This document shows, one piece after another, positions 1 through 8,018 of a stretch of DNA of 64,000 nt. This DNA comes from Minisyncoccota bacterium (lineage in GTDB: Bacteria > Patescibacteriota > Minisyncoccia > UBA9983). Position 1 is the first letter of the stretch; the number at the start of each line of letters is the position of its first letter. Location of the stretch: assembly GCA_041648395.1 (NCBI GenBank), contig JBAZPC010000001.1, forward strand, positions 31,173-95,172. The letters are read 5' to 3'. The notes beneath the pieces are model-generated. The model was not told where the DNA came from. It made no database searches and was given only the letters and a program-made list of their open reading frames with translations. Made by a program: the position numbers and the translations under genes.

Positions 1-1
1 T

Positions 2-889
2 GGTAAACATGTAATTATTTCTAAAATAGAACATCTTTCTGTGTCTTCAAGTGCTGAATTTCTCACCAAGCATGGATTTGAATTAACAAAAATATCAGTA
101 GATAAAAAATGTAATTTAAATCTTAAAGAACTAGAATCATCAATAAAAGACGACACTATATTGATCTCAGTGATGTTGGTTAATAATGAAATAGGCACAA
201 TTCAACCAATTTCAGAAATTAGTAAAATAATAAAAAAGAAAAACAAAGAGAGATTATTAAAAGGCGGATCGCCTATATATTTTCATATTGATGCGGAGGC
301 GGGAACGTTTTACTTAGATTGTAATGTAAAAAAATTAGAAATTGATTCATTGAGCATAAACGGGTCAAAAATGTATAGTCTAAAGGGATGTTCCGCTCTT
401 TTTATTAAAAAAGGAACACCTCTTGCAACGCAAATTCATGGTGGAGGCCAAGAAAGATATTTAAGAGGTGGCACAGAAAATATACCTGCCATAGTGGCTT
501 TAGGGGAGGCGGTTTCTTTGGCTGCTAAGGAAAGGACAAAAAATGTAAAGTATATAAATTATTTAAAAGAGAGGTTAATAAGAAAAATTTTAAAAGAGAT
601 ACCCAGTAGCCGGTTAAACACTCCATTAAACAGTATATCTAATATTGCCCATTTTACTTTTTTAAAAAATAAAAAAGATCTAGTAATAGGATTAAGTAAG
701 AAGGGGATAGCAATATCCAGGGGTTCCGCGTGTTCCGCTAAATCATTTTCTGTATCAGCAACTCTCGCAGACATGGGATTTTCAAAAGATGAAGCATTTT
801 CTAGCCTCCGATTTTCTTTGGGAAAATATAATACTGTGAGTGATATAGATACTGCAATAAAAAATTTGAAATCAATTATTAAAAAATAA
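2..889 (+). CDS. Cysteine desulfurase (NifS/IscS class V aminotransferase), C-terminal part; the 5' end lies outside the window
   Basis: The frame is open from base 2 (GKHVIISKIEHLSVSSS...). The translation has typical IscS C-terminal motifs (TENIPAIVALGEA, SRGSACSA) and ends with TAA at 887-889. Confidence 0.8.
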   Translation, partial: GKHVIISKIEHLSVSSSAEFLTKHGFELTKISVDKKCNLNLKELESSIKDDTILISVMLVNNEIGTIQPISEISKIIKKKNKERLLKGGSPIYFHIDAEAGTFYLDCNVKKLEIDSLSINGSKMYSLKGCSALFIKKGTPLATQIHGGGQERYLRGGTENIPAIVALGEAVSLAAKERTKNVKYINYLKERLIRKILKEIPSSRLNTPLNSISNIAHFTFLKNKKDLVIGLSKKGIAISRGSACSAKSFSVSATLADMGFSKDEAFSSLRFSLGKYNTVSDIDTAIKNLKSIIKK

Positions 890-891
890 AT

Positions 892-2583
892 ATGCCAGCA
901 ATTATTAAAATATTTGTATTAGGAACTATATTAGCTGGTTTTTCTAATCTTTTTTTTGGGTTGATAATATATTTTAAAAATAAAAAAGAAAAACAAAACA
1001 TTATTTTTCTTTTATTGGAGCTTTCTATAGTTTTATGGCTTTTTTCTTATGCAATATGGTTAGCCAAAGACAATGAAGTAAGCGCTCTTTTTTGGTCGCG
1101 TATGCTCAATTTAGGCGCCACCCTAATTCCCGTTCTGTTCTTACATTGGGTTGTTGCTTTTTTGGGGTTAGTGCGAAAAAAATTTTTAATATTCGCCTAT
1201 ATTTCAACAATAATTTTTTCTTTTTTTAGTTTCTCTTCTTTTTATATACAAAAAGTAAAGGAAGTGTCAATTTTTTCTTATTGGCCTCAAGCTGGGTGGT
1301 TGTATTCTATATTTTTAGCAACTTTTGTAATTTATTTTGGTTATGGTTTTATACTTTTATACGGATTTATTAAAGATAAATCTAATAATAAGGAAAGAAT
1401 TCTTCAGATAAAGTATATTTTTTTAGGGTCTATAATTAGTGCCATTGGCGGAATTTTTAATTTTCCCTTAATGTACGGGGTTCCGCTTATGCCTTTAACA
1501 TTGACAACTATTTTTCATCCTATCTTTTGGGCTTATGGAATTTTAAAACATAATTTATTCAACATAAAAGTAGTTGCTACGGAATTTTTAGTAATATTCT
1601 TGTTGGTTATCTTCCTTGTAAATATATTTTTCTACACAAGTATTTTTGAATTAAGTTTTAAAATATTTATTTTTATTGCATCTACTTTTCTTGGTATTTT
1701 TATTATCCGCTCCGTTCTCAAGGAGGTTAAAACCCGCGAGGAGATGGAGGGGCTGGCATGGAAGTTGGAACAGGCGAATATCAAATTGCAGGAGTTGGAT
1801 AAAGCCAAGTCGGATTTTGTGACTATCGCTTCACACCAATTAAGGACGCCCATCACCGCCATCAAGGGCTACGCCTCCATGGTTCTGGAGGGCTCGTTCG
1901 GCGCGGTGCCGGAAAAAGCGAAGGTTGCCGTAAGCAAGATATTTGAATCAAGCAACCGGCTGGTGGCGCTCATCAATGATTTTCTTAATTTAAGCAGGAT
2001 AGAGAGAGGAAAGATGGAATACGCGTTTGCGAAAGTGAATTTGAAAGAAATGATTGAGACAATTTTTGACGAATTCAAGACAATTAATGTAAAAAAGAAG
2101 ACACCATTAGATTTGAGTTTAAAAATTAACGATGGCGACTTCAGCACGAGCGCCGATTCGGACAAGATACGACAGACAATTTATAATTTGATAGACAACG
2201 CCGTAAAATACACTCAAAAAGGATTCGTGAAAATTTCCCTTTATAAAGACGATGGCGAGGGCGAAATAATCATGAAAGTTGAGGACTCGGGCAAGGGAAT
2301 GTCAAAAGAAACACTAGATAACATTTTTGAGAAATTCGCCCGCGCCAAGGGCGACGGCGAAAAATACCAAGTGGAAGGCACCGGTCTCGGGCTTTACGTG
2401 GCGCGGGAGATCGCCAAGGCGCACGGCGGAGACGTTTGGGCGGAAAGCGGGGGGCTGGATAAGGGAAGCGCTTTTATTTTGAAACTGCCTATGGATTTTA
2501 TTACTCCGGAAGAGCGCAGGAAAAAAGAGGAAGAAGAAAAAGCAAAAAAAGAGAAGGTGGAACAATTTATAAAAAAGATATAG
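892..2583 (+). CDS. Sensor histidine kinase with N-terminal polytopic (7TM-type) membrane domain, HisKA and HATPase_c domains, and a K/E-rich C-terminal tail
   Basis: The N-terminus has multiple hydrophobic helices. The H-box is SHQLRTPITAIKGYASMV, the N-box is IDNAVKYT, and the G2 box is GTGLGLYVAREIAKAHGG. The ATG at 892 lies directly after the upstream stop. Confidence 0.85.
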   Translation: MPAIIKIFVLGTILAGFSNLFFGLIIYFKNKKEKQNIIFLLLELSIVLWLFSYAIWLAKDNEVSALFWSRMLNLGATLIPVLFLHWVVAFLGLVRKKFLIFAYISTIIFSFFSFSSFYIQKVKEVSIFSYWPQAGWLYSIFLATFVIYFGYGFILLYGFIKDKSNNKERILQIKYIFLGSIISAIGGIFNFPLMYGVPLMPLTLTTIFHPIFWAYGILKHNLFNIKVVATEFLVIFLLVIFLVNIFFYTSIFELSFKIFIFIASTFLGIFIIRSVLKEVKTREEMEGLAWKLEQANIKLQELDKAKSDFVTIASHQLRTPITAIKGYASMVLEGSFGAVPEKAKVAVSKIFESSNRLVALINDFLNLSRIERGKMEYAFAKVNLKEMIETIFDEFKTINVKKKTPLDLSLKINDGDFSTSADSDKIRQTIYNLIDNAVKYTQKGFVKISLYKDDGEGEIIMKVEDSGKGMSKETLDNIFEKFARAKGDGEKYQVEGTGLGLYVAREIAKAHGGDVWAESGGLDKGSAFILKLPMDFITPEERRKKEEEEKAKKEKVEQFIKKI

Positions 2584-2595
2584 AATATAAATATT

Positions 2596-3288
2596 ATGAT
2601 ATCTATAGCGCTTCATTTTATTATAGCCATAATATTTTTAGTTTCCTCGGTTGTTCTTTATATTTTATGGAAGAAACAAGGTTCTCCAAAGAATTATATT
2701 ATGGATTACTTTTTCTTTTTAAGTTTTTTTTCACTGTATCATCTTGCGCTTTCGTTGCCATATATAATTTTTGGAGAGAACTTAACATTAATGGCATGGG
2801 GATATATTTTGGCCATGATATCATTGTTATTTTTATTTCCGCGCGTCTATAAAATTACATTAAAAATTTGGGGTGTTTCAGAACAAAAAATCAAATTAGT
2901 GATATATCTGACAACACTTCTTATTCTTACGACTATAATTATATACATATATGATTTTCGCACACCTTATATCGTTAATCCGGGATTCATTATTTGGAAT
3001 GGAAATATTATAGGCAGTATAATAATTTTTTTACTAGGATTAGAAGCAGGTGTTTTCTGGGCTATAACATTTTTAAAGAATATACCAAAGGATTTAATTT
3101 TTATTTATAAATTAAAAACGTACCTTTATATTGCGGCTGCGGTATTGGTAGCTATTTCGTCTATTTATTTTGTTTCCAGAACTGTATTATTGGTAATTAT
3201 CGCTTTTGTTTCCCATGGCCTTGCCAGTGTATTTTTTGTTATACCGGTATTATTACCTAAACCATCCCAAGAAAATATAAATGAATGA
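2596..3288 (+). CDS. Polytopic membrane protein of unknown function, resembling the N-terminal 7TM sensor domain of the adjacent kinase
   Basis: A 230-aa ORF with about 7 hydrophobic segments and no recognisable catalytic motif. Confidence 0.5.
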   Translation: MISIALHFIIAIIFLVSSVVLYILWKKQGSPKNYIMDYFFFLSFFSLYHLALSLPYIIFGENLTLMAWGYILAMISLLFLFPRVYKITLKIWGVSEQKIKLVIYLTTLLILTTIIIYIYDFRTPYIVNPGFIIWNGNIIGSIIIFLLGLEAGVFWAITFLKNIPKDLIFIYKLKTYLYIAAAVLVAISSIYFVSRTVLLVIIAFVSHGLASVFFVIPVLLPKPSQENINE

Positions 3289-3415
3289 AATTATTTTAAT
3301 TGTAATACTCGCGGCGGTTGTGGTTTGGCTTTTGGCGACGCGCAAAAAAGGGGAGAAGAGCCGAAAGCGCGGGGTTAGAAAAGGGTTCGGCTTTTTACAT
3401 GAAATTGCCGGTTAA
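3281..3415 (+). pseudogene. Chimeric gene fragment: a diverged copy of the rmuC 5' end (MNEIILIVILAAVVVWLLATRKK) fused out of frame to a copy of the 3' end of a histidine-kinase gene
   Basis: The 36 nt ggttgtggtttggcttttggcgacgcgcaaaaaag are nearly identical to rmuC 8966-9003. The segment ...gaaagcgcggggttagaaaagggttcggctttttacatgaaattgccggttaaa matches 6112-6165, the HK 3' copy. It carries a TATAAA box 9 nt before the next gene. Confidence 0.5.
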
Positions 3416-3435
3416 AGAGGTATAAATTTACGTTA

Positions 3436-4377
3436 ATGAAATACGAATATAAAAAATTTAATATAAGATATACAGCCAGTTTTACTTCAAAATATAAAAA
3501 TAATGATATTAAGGTTTGGTTTGCAAGACCGACTGATTCCGAATGTCAAAAAATAGAAAAAATAAAGATTTCACCAAAACCACACTCTGATTATAATGAC
3601 AAACAAGGAAATAAAATTTTATACTTTAATTTCGAGAACCAAAAAAGTATAAAAGTACAAATGGATATTAAGGTAATCCTGTGGAAAAATAAAATAAATT
3701 TGTTAAAAGAAAAAATATCATTACCGTCGTTTTCTTCAAAAATATTTCAAAAATATACAAAAAATGAAAAGTTTCTAGAACAAACTTTGACAATAAAAAA
3801 TTTAACTAATCAAATTACTAGAAATGACCAATTTATTTTAGATAAAATCTTTTCAATAACAAAATTTTTAGAAAAAAATTTTAAATATACTTACCCTATC
3901 AAAAATAGGGGGGTTAAAAATTTAGATATTAATAATCTAAAAGGCGATTGTGGTGAAGTGGGTGCTTTATTTGTAACAATGTGCAGAATTTTAGGTATTC
4001 CAGCCCGAAACAACACTGGCTTTGTAATATATCGCGATGAATTAAACAACATATACGAACATGGATGGGGAAGTATTTATTTAAAACCTTATGGGTGGAT
4101 AGATATTGATCCGTTGGCTAATAATATATCTGAAAAAATAAATAAAGAGTATTTATATCACCAAAAAAATTATTTTCTATCTTTTACAAAAGGATTTAAT
4201 ATAAAAATTAATCCAAAAATTCCGAATAAATTTAAAATAGATTATTGGAATAATTTAGGACTACCTTTAACAAATGCATCTGTTCAGGTTTTGCAGCCGT
4301 TAGTTTTTGCATCTAAAGAAAAAGTAGTGTTTTTAGACAGCATAAAATTACTTCCCAATATAAAGAGCCCCAACTAA
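3436..4377 (+). CDS. Transglutaminase-like (Transglut_core) cysteine protease-fold protein
   Basis: Cys/His/Asp signature: GDCGEVGALFVTMCRILGIPARNNTGF ... EHGWGSIYLKPYGWIDIDP. This is the classic transglutaminase-like pattern G-x-C...R..GIPAR...H.W...D. Confidence 0.7.
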   Translation: MKYEYKKFNIRYTASFTSKYKNNDIKVWFARPTDSECQKIEKIKISPKPHSDYNDKQGNKILYFNFENQKSIKVQMDIKVILWKNKINLLKEKISLPSFSSKIFQKYTKNEKFLEQTLTIKNLTNQITRNDQFILDKIFSITKFLEKNFKYTYPIKNRGVKNLDINNLKGDCGEVGALFVTMCRILGIPARNNTGFVIYRDELNNIYEHGWGSIYLKPYGWIDIDPLANNISEKINKEYLYHQKNYFLSFTKGFNIKINPKIPNKFKIDYWNNLGLPLTNASVQVLQPLVFASKEKVVFLDSIKLLPNIKSPN

Positions 4378-4409
4378 AGTTAATTAGTTGGGGCAAAAAA
4401 GGGGATTTC

Positions 4410-4532
4410 TTACCCTTTCTTTACTCGTGCCGAAGACGAAGAACAACTTTTATGAATCGCGCCAACGACAAGATTTTTTGTGTTACCTTTTGCTTCAGCT
4501 TTTGGAGGAACATATTGTTTCTCTTTCTTCAT
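4410..4532 (-). CDS. Small 40-aa peptide, a candidate RiPP precursor: MKKEKQYVPPKAEAKGNTKNLVVGAIHKSCSSSSARVKKG
   Basis: The ORF is immediately downstream of the radical-SAM gene on the same strand. A strong Shine-Dalgarno AAGGAGGTGA (overlapping the rSAM stop) lies 8 nt before the ATG. The N-terminus is Lys-rich and leader-like, and the C-terminal segment is Cys/Ser-rich. It was not in the ORF track because it is under 60 aa. Confidence 0.45.
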   Translation of the reverse strand: MKKEKQYVPPKAEAKGNTKNLVVGAIHKSCSSSSARVKKG

Positions 4533-4540
4533 TGTTTTTT

Positions 4541-5914
4541 TCACCTCCTTTCCTTATTATTTTGAATTAAATGGTTTAAGGTTGTTATCCGACAATTTTC
4601 TGGTGACGGGCCCAAAAGATCGCTTCCTTCTAGAAAGGCCAGCCCCGGACAACGAGCACAAGAAGTAAGCAGTTGACATTTTGAACACTTTGTTAATTTA
4701 CTGATAATTAAACTGCGTAGGTATTGGAGACCAAGAGAGTTGTGCCAAATTTCTGAAAAATTATCTCCTTTTAAATCACCGACTTCATAAAGAAGTTGGT
4801 TGCAGGGCAATACTTTGCCAGAGGGAGTGATGGCGCACGAATTAAATCCGCTATAACACGGAGGAGCATTTGAGATATCAGAAAGTCCGAGATAAAATTG
4901 ATGATCCTGAAACGGTTTTCGCCCAGCGTAGAGGGCTGAAAAATCTTCATCCGCAAGAAATTCTTCTATCTGCCTATCACTCAACCGCAAGTTAAACGTA
5001 TCTTGCGATCCATCGTTGCGCGCAGTAATAATCGGGCTAGGGGAGAGTACGCAATCTAATTCTTCCGTAAGTTTTTTTACTTTATAGCGCTCATTAAAAT
5101 TTATCTGCATCATCGGAAACGCTATTTCAACCTTAACCCCTGCTTTTCTAAGATTCTTAATGCCATCTAAGCTTTTTTGAAATGACCCCGAAAGGCGTGT
5201 AATAGAATCGTGGATTTCGGTGGTTGCCCCATAAAGGCTTACTTGCACCCTTCTTACAGAATACTTTGCTAGCGTGGTTGCTGTTTCTTCACTTATTAGT
5301 GTGCCATTACTTAGTATGTCGATAACAAAATGGAGACTGCTGGCATATTTTACGATATCAATCGCATCTTTGCGTATAAAGAATTCTCCACCAGTAAGCG
5401 ACAAAAAGAGACACCTTTCTTTAGCTAATTCGCCTAAAATCCTTTTGATCTCAGATAGTCTTAAGGAAGGCAAGTTTCTTTCCATATAGCAATGTATACA
5501 TTTTTCATTGCAGGTGTAAGTAGTTTCGAATGTAGCTGCAAAAGGAATAAGATGTTTAATCGCTTCCATTTCTATAGCCAATAACACGTTTTCTCCTTCT
5601 GTTTCTGTGCCTAGGGCATTATTATGCTTGTCAACTTGAAGATGCCGATTATCAAGTTTTAAAAATCCCATTTGCACTGCTTCCTGAAGAAAGGTGTCAA
5701 CATCTTTTTTTGCAATTTTTACACTGAGATCATATTCGGTTGATAGCCATTTAATAACCTGATCATACTTTTGTCCGGATACTAGCTTTTGCCAGATAAT
5801 TGATGCAGCTTCGTTCCAAATAACGATTTTTTGATTTTTGCAGTTAAAAGCAACAACGTTGTCGTTAATGAGTCGCCAGCCAATTCTTGAATTTATCTCA
5901 ATTATTTCCATCAT
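4541..5914 (-). CDS. Radical SAM/SPASM-domain enzyme with an N-terminal PqqD-like RiPP recognition element (RRE), likely a peptide-modifying maturase
   Basis: The N-terminal ~90 aa fit the PqqD/RRE pattern (NEAASIIWQKL...DVDTFLQEAVQMGFL). The radical SAM motif is CNEKCIHC (CX3CX2C). The C-terminus has a Cys-rich SPASM/twitch region (CYSGFNSCAITPSGKVLPCNQ...CSKCQLLTSCARCPG). An AGGAGG sits before the ATG. Confidence 0.85.
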   Translation of the reverse strand: MMEIIEINSRIGWRLINDNVVAFNCKNQKIVIWNEAASIIWQKLVSGQKYDQVIKWLSTEYDLSVKIAKKDVDTFLQEAVQMGFLKLDNRHLQVDKHNNALGTETEGENVLLAIEMEAIKHLIPFAATFETTYTCNEKCIHCYMERNLPSLRLSEIKRILGELAKERCLFLSLTGGEFFIRKDAIDIVKYASSLHFVIDILSNGTLISEETATTLAKYSVRRVQVSLYGATTEIHDSITRLSGSFQKSLDGIKNLRKAGVKVEIAFPMMQINFNERYKVKKLTEELDCVLSPSPIITARNDGSQDTFNLRLSDRQIEEFLADEDFSALYAGRKPFQDHQFYLGLSDISNAPPCYSGFNSCAITPSGKVLPCNQLLYEVGDLKGDNFSEIWHNSLGLQYLRSLIISKLTKCSKCQLLTSCARCPGLAFLEGSDLLGPSPENCRITTLNHLIQNNKERR

Positions 5915-6021
5915 TTTTTCCTCCTTTCTGTTTATTTTTTAAAGACCTGTGGTCTTGTTTTCTGCTTTTAACCCTATACTTTTAATAGCTTTTGTCAATT
6001 TAAAAATGTATAATAATTAAA

Positions 6022-6180
6022 ATGGACACGGCGCAGATAGTGGAAGGCACCGGCCTCGGGCTTTACGTGGCGCGCGAGATTGCCAAGGCGCACGGCGGTA
6101 ATGTTTGGGCGGAAAGCGGGGGGCTGGACAAGGGCTCGGCTTTCTACATGAAATTGCCGGTTAAAAATGTTATATCATAA
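6022..6180 (+). pseudogene. Chimeric 52-codon ORF: the first six codons of rmuC (MDTAQI) fused in frame to a ~140-nt copy of a histidine-kinase HATPase C-terminus (…VEGTGLGLYVAREIAKAHGGNVWAESGGLDKGSAFYMKLPVKNVIS)
   Basis: Bases 6004-6039 are identical to 8917-8952, which is the rmuC promoter plus start. Bases 6040-6150 are about 90% identical to HK 2374-2484. Its stop overlaps the ATG of the next gene (TAATG). Confidence 0.45.
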
Positions 6181-6896
6181 TGAAATCTAAAAAAGATAAT
6201 AAATCAAATATAGAACGTAAAATTATTCCTATTGGCGGTGGATTACTGCGTTTGGACGAAACAATTACCATAGATAAATTTATTGTCAAAGAAAGCGGCA
6301 AAAAAAATCCGAAAGTTTTATTTATACCCACCGCAAGCAAAGATTTACTGGCATACTCCAACGTCTTTCGCCGTGTGTACGAAAAATTAGGGTGCCAAGT
6401 AAAAATCTTGCGTTTATTTAATAAAAGAAAATTTTCTCAAACAACATTAGAAAAACTCATCACAAGTGCCGACATTATTTATGTCGGTGGCGGTGATTAT
6501 GATATTCTGCTTTCGATGTGGAGGAAACACAAAATTATTTCTCTCATACGGTTAGCATACCAACAAGGAACCATTCTCACCGGGTTAAGCGCGGGATGTG
6601 CCGTCTGGTATGAATATCTCATAGATAGCGATAAGGATAAAAAAACTCGCCTCAAAAAAGGGCTCGGCATACTTGAAGGTGTCGTAATTCCTCACTATAG
6701 AACCGAGGATCCACTTTCTCTCGAGATTCGCAAGACAAAAATCATCGTTACTGGCATTGAAGACAAATGTGCCGTGATATACACTAACGAGCACCTAAGA
6801 GGTTCTATACCAGCAAGTAAAGAAAAGGCCTTTACAATTCGCCCTCCTTATGTTAAAAAGAAGCAGGTAACTTTGTACTTTCACAAATCTCATTAA
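6180..6896 (+). CDS. Peptidase S51 family (peptidase E / cyanophycinase-like serine peptidase)
   Basis: IIYVGGGDYDILL...GTILTGLSAGCAV (the Ser nucleophile in SAG) and the downstream VIPHY histidine align with E. coli peptidase E (IIIVGGGNTFQLL...YIGWSAGANLA...NPHF). Confidence 0.75.
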   Translation: MKSKKDNKSNIERKIIPIGGGLLRLDETITIDKFIVKESGKKNPKVLFIPTASKDLLAYSNVFRRVYEKLGCQVKILRLFNKRKFSQTTLEKLITSADIIYVGGGDYDILLSMWRKHKIISLIRLAYQQGTILTGLSAGCAVWYEYLIDSDKDKKTRLKKGLGILEGVVIPHYRTEDPLSLEIRKTKIIVTGIEDKCAVIYTNEHLRGSIPASKEKAFTIRPPYVKKKQVTLYFHKSH

Positions 6897-6915
6897 ACTA
6901 AAAAGGAGGTGGCAG

Positions 6916-7986
6916 ATGATCTCGAAAATTCCACGCCCCCTCCAGTATGGAGATGGGGTAGCTTTGGTCAATCCGGCTGGCGTACTTCCGGAGCGGTTCA
7001 AAAACCAATACAGATATGTCAAGGCTCATCTTGAGGAACTTGGATTTACTGTCAGAGACTTCGTAATTGAAAGTGGTTGGGAGGACGCGCGAAGGCGTAG
7101 TGAAACATTGCAGGCGGCGTTTACCGACCCGCAAGTGAAAGCGATACTGCCTCTCTGTGGTGGCGCGAGAATCTACGACATTCTTCCGCTGATTGATTAC
7201 GATGTGTTAGCCAGTCATCCGAAGATTATTTGCGGTTCGAGCGAGCTTTCGGCTCTTGTGGTAACAATCGCTGAGCGGGCGGGTATGGTAACGTTCTTTG
7301 GTCCGCATCTCAACTTTCTTAACCCCAAGGCGTCAAAACTTGAGAACAGATTCACGGTGAGGAGCTTTTGGAATATGCTCCAGTGGGACTGGCACGGAAG
7401 AAACGGCCTAAGTAAAAACGAGGCGCATCACTTCTTTGTTGCTCCTCGAAAGCCAACTCTTCCGGTGGTAATTCATAACATTTACCGTGATCCGACACGT
7501 ATTACAAATAATCGCTACAGAGACAACTTCTACTACACTCCTATCTCGGATCAGAATGTAACCGGACAGCTCTTGATTGGGTCACTTGCGGTGCTAATAC
7601 GTCTTTGTGAGGAGGGATTGAACCCTGACATAACGGATAAGATTGTCATGCTTGATTCGTTGGATATGTCTCTTGGGACGGTTGCCGAATTACTCCAGCG
7701 TTTCAATGCTCACTGCGATCTTTCCCATGCCACGGCAGTCGTCTTTTCCTCGCTCGCCGAGAGAACGGATCGAGAGAATCTTTTGTATCCGGAATTACGA
7801 GACATGGATCGGGTGAAGGGATTCCTTCAGGAAGTTTCTGAATTGCTCGGAGGAAAACTGCCTCTCTTTTATGGTTTTCCTGTCGGACACTGTGCGTACA
7901 AGCTCACTTTGCCGATTGGGATTACCGCCTCCATCGTTGTTGAAACCGGCGACTTGCTACTCGTGGAGTCTCCGTACCAACAATAA
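6916..7986 (+). CDS. Peptidase S66 family (LD-carboxypeptidase LdcA / microcin C7 immunity MccF-like)
   Basis: ILPLCGGARIYDILPLIDYDVLASHPKIICGSSELSALVV...VTFFGPHL aligns with LdcA (LAVRGGYGASRLLADIDWQAL...LLICGHSDFTAIQ...ITFSGPML). The C-terminal GFPVGH provides the catalytic His. A GGAGGTGG SD sits before the ATG. Confidence 0.75.
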   Translation: MISKIPRPLQYGDGVALVNPAGVLPERFKNQYRYVKAHLEELGFTVRDFVIESGWEDARRRSETLQAAFTDPQVKAILPLCGGARIYDILPLIDYDVLASHPKIICGSSELSALVVTIAERAGMVTFFGPHLNFLNPKASKLENRFTVRSFWNMLQWDWHGRNGLSKNEAHHFFVAPRKPTLPVVIHNIYRDPTRITNNRYRDNFYYTPISDQNVTGQLLIGSLAVLIRLCEEGLNPDITDKIVMLDSLDMSLGTVAELLQRFNAHCDLSHATAVVFSSLAERTDRENLLYPELRDMDRVKGFLQEVSELLGGKLPLFYGFPVGHCAYKLTLPIGITASIVVETGDLLLVESPYQQ

Positions 7987-8018
7987 AGGCTGAATAGAAC
8001 AAGTTCTATTCAGCCTTT

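Noticed and set aside
4388-4668. Plus-strand ORFs 4388-4570 and 4480-4668 from the track
   Set aside because: They overlap the rSAM 3' end and the SD-equipped minus-strand peptide gene. They have no RBS and a low-complexity translation, so they are most likely spurious.
3436-5914. Lasso-peptide cluster (transglutaminase-like B2 protease + PqqD-like RRE)
   Set aside because: There is no asparagine-synthetase-like lasso cyclase. The RRE is fused to a radical SAM/SPASM enzyme, not to a lasso B1/B2 protein. The candidate peptide lacks a lasso core signature.
4541-5914. rSAM as anaerobic sulfatase-maturating enzyme (formylglycine)
   Set aside because: anSMEs lack an N-terminal PqqD-like RRE. The adjacent peptide has no C/S-x-P/A-x-R sulfatase motif. 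No sulfatase gene is nearby.
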